Origin: Mizuhopecten yessoensis
Lineage: Eukaryota
Assembly: GCF_002113885.1 (NCBI RefSeq)
Contig: NW_018404512.1
Span: 374,740-438,739 of the forward strand
DNA: 64,000 bases
Reading direction: 5' to 3'
Each line of letters starts with the position of its first letter. Position 1 is the stretch's first letter. Shown piece after piece: positions 1-14,776 of the stretch. The notes under the pieces are model-generated. The model saw only the letters and a list, made by a program, of their open reading frames with translations. It had not been told where the DNA came from and made no database searches. A program made the position numbers and the translations under genes.

Positions 1-300
1 CGGTAACTATTGAAACATTAGGAGTTATAATTTAGTCACTAAATCAACACTTATCACCACATTGTTGGTAACTATTGAAACATTAGGAGTTATAATTTAG
101 TCACTATATCAACACTTATCACCACATTGTGGGTATATATGGAAACATTATGAGTTATAATTTAGTCACTATATCAACACTTATCACCACATTGTCGGTT
201 ACTATGGAAACATTAGGAGTTATAATTTAGTCACTATATCAGCACTTATCACCGCATTGTGCGTAACTATTGAAACAGTCATTTTAGCAATAAGTATAAC
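1..300. repeat. 65-bp tandem repeat, about 4.5 copies, truncated by the window start
   Basis: Unit ggtaactattgaaacattaggagttataatttagtcacta.atcaacacttatcaccacattgt restarts at 1, 66, 131, 196 and 261. Confidence 0.9.
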
Positions 301-2057
301 CACATTGTGTATTACTATGGAAACATCAGGAGTTTTAATGCCAGTCAACATATCAAGCAGTGTTTTATGAAATAATTAAAAGAATACCACACATGGTAAA
401 CTATTGGAATAATTAAAGTCAGTTGGTAGCTACATTTATGATCCTATGATTTCGTGTTTTCGGTTCTGTCGAAATAATGAAAACCGTATTTTAAGTAACA
501 CATACCACCATCAAAAGACTGCAAACTGTTTTCCTTTAATATAAGGTTTCAAGTTAAAGTCCTTTGATTCATCGACTCTTCATGTCTGCCGATGCTACAC
601 GTATAACTTTACGCTGGCATTACAAGTTTCTAGATACCAAATCATAACAGACAAATAACTACAAATTACCTCACACGTACAACCTTTATTTAGAGTATAC
701 ATTTGATCTGTAAAACCAAAGATAAGCCATACAGTCGACTACACCTTACAGTTTTGTTTTCCTCTTAAGGCACAATACATACAGATCAATTGTCTGAGTG
801 AGACACGACACGGTAAAATCATTCATCTTGGTACGAATATCAATCACTAATATTAGCAGTTAATCAAGTTACAACACCTATTAACTAGTACAAGTTTCCA
901 ATACAACGAGCAGTAATCTGTTGTTTATCTAACGAGAAAAAGTTTATTTTAAAATTTTAGAAAAAAAACCGCGAGATTTGACCTAAATAATTTCAAACAC
1001 GTATTACTATGGCAACATACGTTACCTTATCGACTTGATTACTTTAAACTAAATCTAAATCTGACATAAAGAATATCCAATGGGTCAGCTGTCAAAAAAG
1101 ATAATAGATATTGACTTGGAATCAGTTTATTTAACATAGATTGTATAACATTCATATGCTTGTGTGGTTAAGGGGACTTAATCCATTTTTCCATATGCAA
1201 AAATAACATTGCAAGTCAAAAAAAAATCAGTTTATCGTAACCAAATGTCGTCTTTGTATCCCTTAACATTTTTTGCAGATGAAAAAATAATATTGCAAAC
1301 CCAAAAATCAATTATTCCATAACTAATATTATCATTACTTATGTAAACAAACCATAGTGCATATCCATAGATCGAAAGGTTTATATGAAGCAATAATAAT
1401 GAGGAAATATCAATATTATATTTTCATATGTGACTAACGTGCCCTACAAGAGCTGGATGTTTAGAAAACCATTACCAATCATTTCGTTTCCATACAAACA
1501 ATAAGGACGTCTATAGTGAAACCAACGATTCGTTAATTGAATTGACAAATAAACGATCGCGTTATCAAGATGCCTACCAAATATAGACCTTGACCTGCTA
1601 AGCATAGACTGGATTACCTACCTTAATTAGGTTCCAATTTTACTCCGCCAGGCTTCGCTATTTGATAATAACACAGACAAGGACATAATGTATGTCATGA
1701 AGCGCTAGTGATGATTTTTGAAGAACTCAGCATGCTAAACGAATTTAAATCAACTTGATATTGGCATTTTATTTCAAAGGTGCAAAGCGCCATTTATGAC
1801 TCCTCATGCCCGATGAAGACCTGTATTGGCCATTTCAATCTGGCTGGAAGGAATGATAGACATAACCATTTAATACCTAATTGTACTAAGGAATGTAACC
1901 CAGTCTATTTGCTTTCCAACTTCATACGCTCAACCAAAATGAAATAATATTATACATATTGGTTCATGTTTTTAGATAATCACATTGAACTATACACGTG
2001 AAAACATTGTTTGAACTTCTTTGTTACAAGGGGTCACGCTTCGACCCTAACACTATA

Positions 2058-3188
2058 TCAAGAATAGTACCTAAACAGTTTAATCTGGTCCATTTCGTCT
2101 TCATCATCGGGGTAGTAAATAGAAACCCATAAAATATTCCCAGAATGGGGTTCCTGCTCACCATCTCGTGGCAGTTTGCCGCCAATCTGAATACCCACGG
2201 CCTGTATCCGACCGGCGTCTGTGTGAAGTGTCTTAAGATGTTTCCCCTCCCCGCTTATCAGCTCCAGACTCCGACTGTTATAGTCTGCAACCACCAGGTT
2301 ACCATAACTGTCATAGGCCAGATCTGACGGCTCAAATGACGACGTCATACCAGATACCGAACCTCTACCTCTGTACCTGAACAGAGGTTTGAGCGAATTG
2401 TCCATGACCAATATATTGGGCTTGCCCAGACCACCATATTTCTTGAGGTCTGTATCGATGACGGCGATGTTACCTACGAGACGACAGACGGACATTCGCC
2501 AAGGCCAGATGATTCCAGAGTCCTCCCTCACACTGGCTCCGACCACGTCACCTTGGTTAGTATACATGGTAACTGTTTGCTTTGTTCCCACTACGACGTG
2601 ATTCTGACCCGAGTAGCAAAGTGACGTAGGCCGATGACGGGTCTTAAAGATTGATTTTGGACACCGGAGGTCCATCACTGTCTTTTTCTTCGAGCACAAC
2701 AGGAACGGCGACTGGTAGCGGTCGTCGGCTAGGCTGATATCGTCTACAAGCCAACGACACGTGATCTGCTGTAAGACGTAACCAATATTGTCGATAAGCG
2801 TGATGTCATTTGAGAACATGTCACATGTCCACGCTTGACCTAGTGCGTTCGGACAGATGGAATGTACATCACATGGACAGAGAAAGGAGGACACTATGGT
2901 TGGGTGGTCAAGTAACGTGAAGGAAGGCTTCTTAGATACGACATCATACATTACCCACAATCCATCACTCTTGTCGATTTCCCCTGACCCAGTATCCCCT
3001 ACACCCGATGCTCTGCTTGTCACCATGGAATTAACCTCTGTAACTTTACCGCTATGAATAGTATCTTTGTCGGTGACCTTTGAAATTGTGTCATGGATGC
3101 TGATCTTGAAATCGGAATTCACGTCCATATCATTCTCCTGTTGACTAATAAGTTTTGATTCTTTGGTAACTCCGCATGTCTGTCCCAT
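2058..3188 (-). CDS. NHL-repeat / six-bladed beta-propeller protein (TRIM-NHL C-terminal-like)
   Basis: 376-aa uninterrupted ORF with NHL-like blades (FEPSDLAYDSYGNLVVADYNSRSLELISGEGKHLKTL; IWPWRMSVC..GNIAVID; VHSICPNALGQAW). The ATG is preceded by an acceptor-like CACAG|G, so upstream exons are possible. Confidence 0.75.
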   Translation of the reverse strand: MGQTCGVTKESKLISQQENDMDVNSDFKISIHDTISKVTDKDTIHSGKVTEVNSMVTSRASGVGDTGSGEIDKSDGLWVMYDVVSKKPSFTLLDHPTIVSSFLCPCDVHSICPNALGQAWTCDMFSNDITLIDNIGYVLQQITCRWLVDDISLADDRYQSPFLLCSKKKTVMDLRCPKSIFKTRHRPTSLCYSGQNHVVVGTKQTVTMYTNQGDVVGASVREDSGIIWPWRMSVCRLVGNIAVIDTDLKKYGGLGKPNILVMDNSLKPLFRYRGRGSVSGMTSSFEPSDLAYDSYGNLVVADYNSRSLELISGEGKHLKTLHTDAGRIQAVGIQIGGKLPRDGEQEPHSGNILWVSIYYPDDEDEMDQIKLFRYYS

Positions 3189-4516
3189 CCTGTGACGGCG
3201 TCATAAAAACCACATGACACTATCAATAAAATATTTCCGCACAAAATTTTTAAATAATATAAAGTATTTCCTGTTTTGCTTGCACACTTTTCCAATGTAT
3301 CGAAACGATACAGAGACTATTCTCTGTATGTTCGACGGGATTTCACTTGTACTCTTTCCCTTTCTCCCAGTACCCAATCCAAGGGATAGTCTACCACTTG
3401 ATGGAGGATAGAAGGCGGTATCCAGCTTCACCCGTCAACACTAGATACCCCTGTTGTAGTGTTGTATCCCCTTGTACACACGCCAGTCTGTTGTTAACGC
3501 TACAAGAGAGGACCGGACAAGGTATAATTAACCTGTCGTACACACATTATACATATTTTAATCATTAATGTGTATAAAACTATCTGATATAATTAAGGAT
3601 ATATACAGCTCGTGTCGTACATAGTGTGTACAATCTTACTGGCTTGACCGAGCGTATTGACAGAGTAGTTTGTCCCAGTGCCATGGAGCTCTGACCATTA
3701 AAGTAGCTACTGGAGCGAGTAAATGACTGGCGATAAGCCACCCCGGGTGGTGGACTAGTCAGGCATGGTACCGCCGAGTCATTAAATAGCATATACAGAC
3801 CTATCAATCAGATAATACCGATATGTACGTGTTATTATTAATTATAGTTGGAATGGCTTTCTGATGAAGTCAGATATATGTCAAACATGGCCTTAGAGGA
3901 TATGACATCAGACAACATTAGAAATATAACTCAGACTTGCACTGTCACATTTAAAAAAACATATTATTTAAACGGTTTTTTAATGCAATTTCTACCGAAT
4001 GTAAAGTATACCTTGGTTTTGTTTTTGCCAATAGTCAGATGTAACTTTTATAAGACATAACAATGTACTTGGATAGCATCCCGAACACCAAGAGAGACAA
4101 CCCCTTCGATACCGACTTATCAACGTATACATTACAGACCGTGTAAAGGGAAAGTGTCTACTATAGTGTGGATATATATCGCCTATACTAGTGTGACAAT
4201 TGTCTTATTTGGCTTGTATATTGATATATATTGGTATGACAGGTATGACAGGTATATTGTTTTCGACCTTTGACATCATGACTAACGCCAATGACTCTAA
4301 CAGTTGTTCTATAAAAATACATCTTGTATCTCATTTCATTCTCAGTTTCTGGCTTATTGTAAGATAAACAAAACAAGAGAAATAGAAAACATGTTCATCG
4401 TGTTTAAAATATGTGTTTTGTACTTACGGCGTTCCTGTCATACAAACGAATCCATTTTATGGTCTTGCATGGAGGTAAGCCAACTGTTCTGGTATTCCTG
4501 GGAAGTGTGCCTGCAA

Positions 4517-4814
4517 TGTCAACCATACATAACACAGAGGGACAGAATAGTTCTCAAGGCTGCTAAAACAATCCGTATGGCAATGTTTCAGTAAAAAGGT
4601 TGATTTCAATATCATAATTGATAAGTACACGATACTTTACCCTGTGGTTGGCGTATGAGGTGTCAACCATACATAACACAGAGGGACAGAATAGTTCTCA
4701 AGGCTGCTAAAACAATCAGTATGGCAATGTTTCAGTAAAAAGGTTGATTTCAATATCATAATTGATAAGTACACGATACTTTACCCTGTGGTTGGCGTAT
4801 GATGTGTCAACCAT
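4517..4814. repeat. Near-perfect 144-bp tandem duplication
   Basis: tgtcaaccat recurs at 4517, 4661 and 4805, and the two intervening segments are almost identical. Confidence 0.9.
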
Positions 4815-6499
4815 CTGATCAAGTCAGATCGTATCATATTTAATCATTTGATATATACATAAATGTAATTTTTCCCCCTAACTTGTAAAGGGTGTGGGTA
4901 CATTGTTTTCCCTAACTTGTAAAGGGTGTGGGTACATTGTTACTCGTTACACGTATTCCGTTCGATTGTTGTCATGTGTTTACGAACACAGTAAACTAAA
5001 GTTTGTGCTCATTCCATACCGACAGAGACGTATTCACACTCCTTCTGTCCTTACTCGTTGTACATATCACAGTATATTGTAATACGTGATCACTTCTTCA
5101 CGGAACTTCAGTAACTACGGAATGTCAGTGTAATACTACAGTAAGGCTATACATGGGTCAGACCGGTAGTGACAGACAGTCGTGATTTGACAGGAGATAC
5201 CACGACGTTTGGCATATTTCGCACAGTAAACAATTCACCTGCATTTTTTTCCTCGTGACGTCTTTTCTTTCTTAAAATATAGCTACCCTTGCTATCGACA
5301 TTAAGTTTGGATTTTGTATTCACAGGCTATAGTAGTTGTGTTTTGTATAACATAATGACAATGTGAGTCTTGTTTTATTCGTATTATTAAGTTTAACTGT
5401 AGTCGACGATATGCTTGTGCATCTATGTACACCATTATTAGATAGCTATGAGATATTTTGGCACGCTGACGTCTTAGTGTCTCAAAAGGCTCTCAAACAA
5501 ACAATAGACATAACTAGTGAACTCGTCCACCTGCAGTAGGTAACTATTTATTGTGTTAGGTTGAAATATAGACAAGGACTGTTTTCCAATTTTACCTTTA
5601 ATATCACTGATAACTCCTAAATGGACGAAATCATATTAAAGTACTGTTAAACTACCCGTTGATGCTCCCTTCATTTGTACCTCTAATGTCCTTTCGAAAC
5701 ATTTATTGTTGTGAAAAAAAGTTGAATATGTTACAAACACTTTTGATTTGCAATGTGTATGACATGTCCCCAGAATGTTTAAAATGAAACATAATCTAAA
5801 GTTTGTTTTTAGATTTAGGTCAATAGCCTTCGTTATTTACAACCTGATAAAGTATCGTATTGGAGAACGTTACTTTGACCTGAGTGGTGTAGTAAGACAA
5901 AGTACATCTCGACTTGAGGCTGGTATGTCTCTCCACAGCTAGTAAAAGACAATTAATACAAATGAATAATACCCGCATGACGTTGGTATATAAACAACCT
6001 TATGATAATATGGTATCTCATAGCAATCAGTAAGGTCACAAAAGAGATATGTCATGATACCAGTGAAGTCATCAGTATTAATGCCTTATCATTGACTATG
6101 CTTATATCGCTATATACGTATACCATTACATATAGTACATGTTCAATATGTCAAATATGTCAAAATCATATATCTGAACTCCAGTGTTAATTGGGGTCTT
6201 TAGTATTACCACCTTGCATTGAGTTTAAATTAAGGCTAGTCATACACATTACAGGGGGTAAGCAGAACCCAAATAATGCTGTTTGTCATAAAGTAAAGTA
6301 GAGGAACGACCAGTATTGTCATACTATAGATTAATGTCATGTGGTTGAGAAGTGAGATTATCTTTGTTGTCATACTGTATGAAATGTCAAGCTTTAGGTA
6401 GTGAGATGACCAACATTGTCATCTTAAAGACGGATATCATAAAGTCACAATGTAGATATTGAAGTGATAATTATTGTCACTTGTAGTGAGTTGACCATT

Positions 6500-8143
6500 A
6501 CTGTTATACCTCAGGTAAACATACTGATATAACTCAGGTAAACATACTGTTGTAACTCAGGTAAACATTCTGATATAACTCAGGTAAACATTCTGATATA
6601 ACTCAGGTAAACATACTGTTATACCTCAGGTAAACATACTGATATACCTCAGGTAAACATACTGTTATACCTCAGGTAAACGTACTGATATAAAACAGGT
6701 AAACATTCTGATATAACTCAGGTAAACATTCTGATATACCTAAGGTAAACATACTGATATAACTCAGGTAAACATTCTGATACACCTCAGGTAAACATAC
6801 TGATATAACTCAGGTAAACATACTGATATAACTCAGGTAAACATTCTGATATAACTCAGAATGTTTACCTGAGTTATATCAGAATGTTTACCTGCTTTAT
6901 ATCAGTACGTTTACCTGAGGTATAACAGTATGTTTACCTGATGTATATCAGTATGTTTACCTGAGGTATAACAGTATGTTTACCTGATATAACTCAGGTA
7001 AACATACTGTTATACCTCAGGTAAACATACTGTTATAACTCAGGTAAACATACTGTTATAACTCAGGTAAACATACTGTTATACCTCAGGTAAACATACT
7101 GAAATACCTCAGGTAAACATACTGAAATACCTCAGGTAAACATACTAATATACCTCAGGTAAACATACTGCTATAGCTCAGGTAAACATACTGTTAAACC
7201 TCAGGTAAACATACTGTTATCCCTCAGGTAAACATACTGATAAAACTCAGTATGTTTACCTGAGTTATATCATAATGTTTACCTGAGTTATATCAGGTAA
7301 ACATACTGTTAAACCTCAGGTAAACATACTGCTATAGCTCAGGTAAACATACTGATAAAACTCAGTATGTTTACCTGAGTTATAACAGTATGTTTACTTG
7401 AGTTATATCAGTATGTTTACCTTAGGTATATCAGAATGTTTACCTCAGGTAAACATACTGATATAACTCAGGTAAACATACTGATATAATTCAGGTAAAC
7501 ATACTGTTATACCTCAGGTAAACATACTGATAAAACTCAGGTAAACATACTGATATAACTCAGGTAAACATACTGATAAAACTCAGTATGTTTACCTGAG
7601 TTTTATCAGAATGTTTACCTGAGTTATATCAGAATGTTTACCTCAGGTAAACATACTGATATACCTCAGGTAAACATACTGATAAAACTCAGTATGTTTA
7701 CCTGAGTTTTATCAGTATGTTTGCCTGAGGTATAACAGTATGTTTACCTGAATGATATCAGTATGTTTACCTGAGTTATATCAGAATGTTTACCTGAGTT
7801 ATATCAGTATGTTTACCTGAGGTAAACATTCTGATATAACTCAGGTAAACATTCTGATATAACTCAGGTTAACATACTGATATACCCCAGGTAAACATAC
7901 TGATATAACTCAGGTAAACATACTGATATAACCCAGGTAAACATACTGATATCATTCAGGTAAACATACTGTTATGCCTCAGGTAAACATACTGATAAAA
8001 CTCAGGTAAACATACTGATAAAACTCAGGTAAACATACTGATAAAACTCAGGTAAACATACTGATAAAACTCAGGTAAACATACTGATATAACTCAGGTA
8101 AACATTCTGATATAACTCAGGTAAACATTCTGATATAACTCAG
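6500..8143. repeat. 23-bp minisatellite with five inverted blocks
   Basis: Unit actcaggtaaacatactgatata, about 70 copies. Reverse-complement blocks lie at about 6856-6987, 7247-7296, 7362-7445, 7583-7643 and 7689-7820. Confidence 0.92.
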
Positions 8144-8249
8144 AATAATAATATTGTGTAGTATGCTTTATTACAAGTTTCGCAATTTAAACAAACAAAA
8201 CTATATTTCGTGCATGCGATGTTTTATTGGCTGATCGGCTCATTGGTTG

Positions 8250-8362
8250 TTTTTTTAAGTTGAACACATTCTTTTTTTTAAGTTGAACACATTCTTTTTT
8301 TTTTAAGTTGAACACATTCTTTTTTTTAAGTTGAACACATTCTTTTTTTAAGTTGAACACAA
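8250..8362. repeat. Short tandem repeat (T)n-aagttgaacacattc, 5 copies
   Basis: Five consecutive copies with a variable T-run. Confidence 0.85.
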
Positions 8363-11218
8363 TCTTTGCATAAATACCTGATTTATTATTGATTTTTTAA
8401 GTTGTAAATTATAAATGTACAATTTTGATGTGTATTATTTTAGAATATGGGTTAAAAAATTGTTGTATAGAGTATTTTTCAATCTTTAGGATACGTTATA
8501 GATAATGTTATTCTCGGATTGACAAATTGTTTTATGAATGATTTTGATGGATTACTTTATATTTCTGCAAATCATTGTATAAATACGTGATTTTGATGTG
8601 TACAACTATAAAAAGGAGTTACTTGGATTGACAAATGGTTGTATAAAATTATTGTGTTATTTTTGTATGCTAACGTTTTTTTTCTGTGATGACAAATTGT
8701 TCTATAAATTTCTGTTTTGATTCATTATATTATAGAGGTTGACAAATTAATGTATAATTATGAGTTTGATGTGTTTTATTATAAGAAAAAATCGGGTGAC
8801 AAATCATTTTATAAAGTTAATGGTATTTTTATATGTCATCAATCATTACAAAAAAAGACTTTTTTGAGGTCGACAAATTGGAGTATTAATGCGTGATTTT
8901 AATGTGTTCAATTATAGATAATGTTTTGGTCGAAAATATTGATATTTCTATACAGTGTATGCTATCAATTATTACAAAAAAAACTTTGTTGAGGTTGACT
9001 AATTGCAGTATTATTATTAATGTCTGAATGTGATGTGTTCTTTATTACAGAAAATATTTTTGTCGACAAATCTTTTTATACAATTATTGATATTTGTTAA
9101 TGCAGTGTGGGCTATCAATTATTACAAAAAGGTTGTTTTGAGGTTTTTTCTAATCGTTGCCTTTATGCTGCTCTTTATTTTAAATAACTTAACTTTGGCA
9201 AATAAAGATTCCCTACATATTAAAATGGTAATGTCGGGGTAACCAGGTTGCTATTAACACAGGGAAAGTTATCCACCAACAAAACAATGAACATCAAACT
9301 GAAAAAAAAGGTATTAAAGTTGAAATATCACCGATGGTCATTATTAATAAACATAAGTGAGATTTAAACATTAACGATACACAAACTGAGCTCCACGTAG
9401 CTAGGTCAGCTAGTACAGGGTATACTACACTGATAAATCTGGGAAATATTCAACAATATGTGTAGAAAGATAAAACCGTTTTATTTCTATTCACATTTAA
9501 AGTAACACTCACAGGAATTTCGCTTAGCATGGCTTAAAGTTTAAAAACACGTAACACATTACATACCAAGCCATTTATCAGCGAAAACTTAAATATCTCT
9601 ATTCAGTTTCCTATATCACTGTGTTCTTGGGTACCTTATTGAAGACAGCTACATTCAGGTTCCCACCGATAATTTAAAAATAAAATTACTCATTTTTCTG
9701 GACGATAGTAAATTGTTGATTTATACAAAAGTTTTATTTTATTTGATAGTTGGATTTAATGACTGGATTATATTTTACAACCGTTTGATTTTACCGCACC
9801 GAGCTTCGGCCATCAAACTCCGATAAAGTGCGCGAGTAATCTCCCCTGACTAAGTAGACTTTATGGTGGGAGGACAATTTAAGTGCCACAATTTAACGCG
9901 TTTATGTCTGTTTTAACCATGTAGGCGTGTGTACCAAGTGTCCATCGGGCTACTGGGGGATTTGTCCATCTTCCCCAGGGGGCGCTTCACTGCTCGGGGT
10001 CTCCATTTTAGAGTTAATTTACAAAACAAAAACAAAAATACATAATTGCAGCAGAATCTTTTTTCCTGCAATGGATATCTTCATTACCAAACAAAAAATC
10101 TTAAATGATTAAAAAAAATGCTTATGTGATAAAATTTCATTATGAAATCTAAGTAATATCGGACTCTTGAATAACATTAAGCAAGCGAAGTTAAAAGTAT
10201 GTCAAGACCAATTTAGGTACAATACTGATTTGCCTAAAAGCTGCAAGTCGCAAACGTTTCATTAATATTGACCGATTTTTATGGCAAAAAAGCATTCAAA
10301 GATTGATATTTGCTATTCTTAAGATATTTTTTAGTTAATCTAAATTGTAATATTTGTCTGTGTCTAATGATTGTAGTGTCGTATCAGTATCTCAATTCAA
10401 AACGTGACGAATGCTTCTTTCACAGAAAAAAAAGTTGAGCAGAAGGGACGATTAAGTGCTATTTTATCAAAATGAATGATATGTTAAATTATGCAACTAT
10501 CATTAAAACATAAAAGGCTTAGAAAAAACCGTGTAGTGTCTGATAACTACATGTTGTGACACACATCATCACCATACCAAAACCTCTAACATTTAAGAGA
10601 ATGAATGTACAACTATAATTGGGTTTTTTTAAACGGATATTTTCCCTTTCAATAAGCACAGAATATTAGGATGTAGAGTTTTAAACAGAGTTTTAAATAT
10701 TTTTATTTATATATGTTCATGTGCTGTTTTTTTTGCTTTGATCGGTCAAAGATACCAATTTGACATACTATGTGATTTTAAGTGAATTTTGCTGTTTGAT
10801 CATTTGCAGGACAAATTCATACAATATCTCACAACTTTATGACAAAATGCTTATTTGTTTACCAATGTTTGCAGATTCAACGTTTGATGTAAAAAAATCA
10901 GCTATCAAACTTTTTTTTTTAAATATTTAGTGGATCAAAAGAAAATAGATTTGTCTTTCTAAAACAGTCATAAAAATGGGGGGTCCGTGTCCATTTTTCA
11001 CTATTTCGGGGTCAAAAATCAAAAGTGCTTCAGTTACACTAAATATATATATAAAAAATACCAAAAATACATAATTTTCCACTTTGTTGCATATTTATTT
11101 TATTTTATTGAACATAATAAAGTCGTACAGCAAAAATGAACTTGCTACAATTAAAAATGTAGCTTGTCGTGAAGCGCAAGAAATACACAGAAATACACAT
11201 TTTTACAATGGTCGCCGA

Positions 11219-12562
11219 ATGTCCATTACCCCCAGGATTGAACGAACTGATTAATGTCTGTCCATTAGCCCCAGGATTGAACGCACTGATTAATGTCTTT
11301 CCATTATCCCCAGGATTGAACGCACTGATTAATGTCTGTCCATTATCCCCAGGATTGAACGAACTGATTAATGTCTGTCCATTATCCCCAGGATTGAACG
11401 AACTGATTAATGTCTGTCCATTACCCCCAGGATTGAACGAACTGATTAATGTCTGTCCATTATCCCCAGGATTGAACGCACTGATTAATGTCTGTCCATT
11501 ACCCCCAGGATTGAACGCACTGATTAATGTCTGTCCATTACCCCTAGGATTGAACGCACTGATTAATGTCTCTCCATTACCCCTAGGATTGAACATACTG
11601 ATTCATGTCTGTCCATTACTCCAGGATTGAACGAACTGATTAATGTCTGACCATTACAACCAGGATTGAACAACCTGATCAATGTCTGTCCATTACCCCC
11701 AGGATTGAACGAACTGATTAATGTGTGTCCATTACCCCCAGTATTGAACAAACTAATTAATGTCTGGCCATTACAACCAGGATTGAACAACCTGATCAAT
11801 GTCTGTCCATTACCTCCAGGATTGAACGCACTGATTAATGTCTGTCCCTTATCCCCAGGATTGAACGCACTGATTAATGTCTCTCCATTACCCCTAGGAT
11901 TGAACAAACTCATTAATGTCTGTCCATCACCCCTAGGATTCAACGCACTGATTAATGTCTGTCCCTTATCCCCAGGATTGAACGCACTGATTAATGTCTG
12001 TCCCTTATCCCCAGGATTGAACGCACTGATTAATGTCTCTCCATTACCCCTAGGATTGAACAAACTCATTAATGTCTGTCCATCACCCCTAGGATTGAAC
12101 AAACTGATTAATGTTTGTCCATTCCCCCAGGATTGAACGAACTGATTAATGTCTGACCATTACAACCAGGATTGAACAAACTGATTAATGTTTGTCCATT
12201 ACCCCAGGATTGAACGAACTGATTAATGTCTGTCCATTACAACCAGGATTGAACAAACTGATCAATGTCTGTCCATTACCACCAGGATTGAACAAACTGA
12301 TCAATGTCTGCCCATTAACCCCAGGATTAAAGGAACTGATTAATGTCTGTCCATTACCCCCAGGATTGAACAAACTGATCAATGTCTGTCCATTACAACC
12401 AGGATTGAACGAACTGATTAATGTCTGTCCATTACCCCCAGGATTGAACAAACTAATTAATGTCTGTCCATTACAACCAGGATTGAACAAACTGATAAAT
12501 GTCTGTCCATTATCCTTAGGACTGAACGAAATGATTAATGTCTGTCCATTACACCCTGGTTG
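11219..12562. repeat. 39-bp minisatellite, about 34 copies
   Basis: Unit tgtccattacccccaggattgaacgaactgattaatgtc. Single-base deletions break the repetitive ORFs on both strands, consistent with non-coding DNA. Confidence 0.92.
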
Positions 12563-14776
12563 TTAATTTTGTCTCCATGTAGTTTGTCTGTAACCGTTCG
12601 GTTATGATATTCTGAAAGTATTCACTGACAATAAGACATATTTATGATGATAATGATTTCGTACACATCATTTATTTAATGAGGACAATTTATCCTTTGT
12701 ATTTCTCCTCTTGTCTAAGTTTTTACTTTACCTCAGATATATTCTCTCTATGATCCCTTATAATGATTCATTGTTTATATTTATAAAGTGTTTTGTGTAG
12801 TTATTCCTGGATTAAGGGTTTGATTTATTAGAGACGTTCGGATTATGTTTTCTAATAAACGGTTTATAATATATATTCCCTATTTACACTAGATCAGGGA
12901 TTTACTAATACGAGATATTCTCTCTAGATATTTTTGTCTCTATAGTAGTGGAGAGTTTTACTAGTTGTTGTTTACTTTTTATATTTATACTAATTCAGGT
13001 TTAACTTTGTATGTACCTCATCCATGTCCTCCTGTTTTCTGCAAATAGTTTGCTATTTTTCTGAATTTAGACTTTTCGTGAGAATATTTCGTGTCTTTTG
13101 ACAGTGTAACGGCGTTTATGGAGTTAGATGAGCCATTAACGACAATGACTAACCTTTCTCATGGGTACCCCCGACTGAATATCACACTTTACGTTAAATC
13201 TCAATACACCCCGGTAATACGAGAAATCGGTGAGGACGTTTAATGCTCGTTTTCTGTTTGAGCTCAAATCTATAGGGCCGAGACGAATGTGTATGCATCC
13301 GTTTTAACACGTTCGACACATAAAATCACAAATTTCCGGAAACTAGAAAAATATATAACACAACAATAGCATAGCTCTTTAGAAACCGTGGGTAAAGTGT
13401 TCTCCTCACAATCTGGGGATTTCGTGAATTGATTGGTTTTGTAAAGGAAATGTTTTTAAGGTGTCGCTGTGTGAGAGAAAAAGTGTCAATTTGTGGCGTT
13501 TTATGTGTTTATATTTACGCAGATCCAAACAAAACCCGGTAGTAAAGCCAGCCGATTAGTGGTCGTGCCACCCCAACAGTTAGAATACAGGGCCTTTAAA
13601 TGACAACTACCAAACCTCGCGGAATATTACAACCCAGATTTGATCATAGTATTACTTGCAAAGAGTATGCAACAAAAGAAAAAGAAAAAAGAAATAAAAA
13701 GGTAAACAAAAAACGTAAAAGTAAAGGGACACAATTCGAAATTAAAGTCTACCTGCAAAGGAACTGAGGATAGCACACCAACACTTCACGAATAAGGAAC
13801 GATTCGATTTTTTGATGGATTTAGTCAAAATGATGCTATTAGGTGGTAGTCTTGTTGACACAACTAGCTAGAGTGCATGCCAGATAATTTAGTTAAATGG
13901 TAGACTGGAACTCACTTCTTCTATTGTTTGAAAAAACAACTAGAGAAGCCTACAGAAGACAAATGGTACTGAAGCGGATAATTCACTCTAGATCTAGGTC
14001 GTATTTCTCACAAATAAGAATGAGGATAATTTAAGATGTTATTCTTTAACTTTACTCATAATTTACTTTTAAAAACTCAGTTTTCCGTTGATTTTTGAAA
14101 TTTACATAAGTAAGGGATTTTACTCGGCTCTCCTTCTGTTCTAATAGTACTTTGGACCAAATCAGATGTCTACCTTTTTAACCCCTAACATCAACGACGA
14201 GCCCTTGAATATGAACGTAAGGTACACACATGTGACTGTCCGTATGTAATCTGGTAATTAATACAGTATGTCAATAAAATACACTGCATCCTACAGCTGT
14301 TGCCAGGGGCTAAATAGTTGGAAACAGTGATTTAGATCAATTCTAATTCAATCTGTTTGACCCCTATGCCCCCATTTCACTTGCGTTGCGTCAGTGTCAA
14401 TCAGGGTCGGTCAGTAAATTTTGGGCTGTCGCAAAACTGTTCGAGCATTTTCGAACATTTTCGAACACAAATGGCACATCTACGATTCATATCGGTCAGA
14501 GTTACGTCAGTATTCGGTCAAAATGGGCCGGTGTCGGTCGGTGTGCGGCAATAGCTGCGTTGATGGTGCGATGATGAGTGTCAGAGTTGCGATGCACTTG
14601 GATGCACATAGGACAGACATACGTCGATGTTTGTTAGTGTGCGACGCAGTTGCGTCGATGTTACGCCATGGAGGGTCACAGAGGGTCAGACATGTTGATG
14701 GCTGCGATCTTCGTTGATTTAAAATAGTGTGATTTCAGGCCTAGGGTGGTCCAATCTAGTCCAGTCCAGGGACAGT

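Noticed and set aside
11105-12566. Repetitive ORFs on both strands (FNPGGNGQTLISS / LINVCPLPPGLNE)
   Set aside because: Products of a 39-bp repeat, repeatedly frameshifted, with no unique coding flanks.
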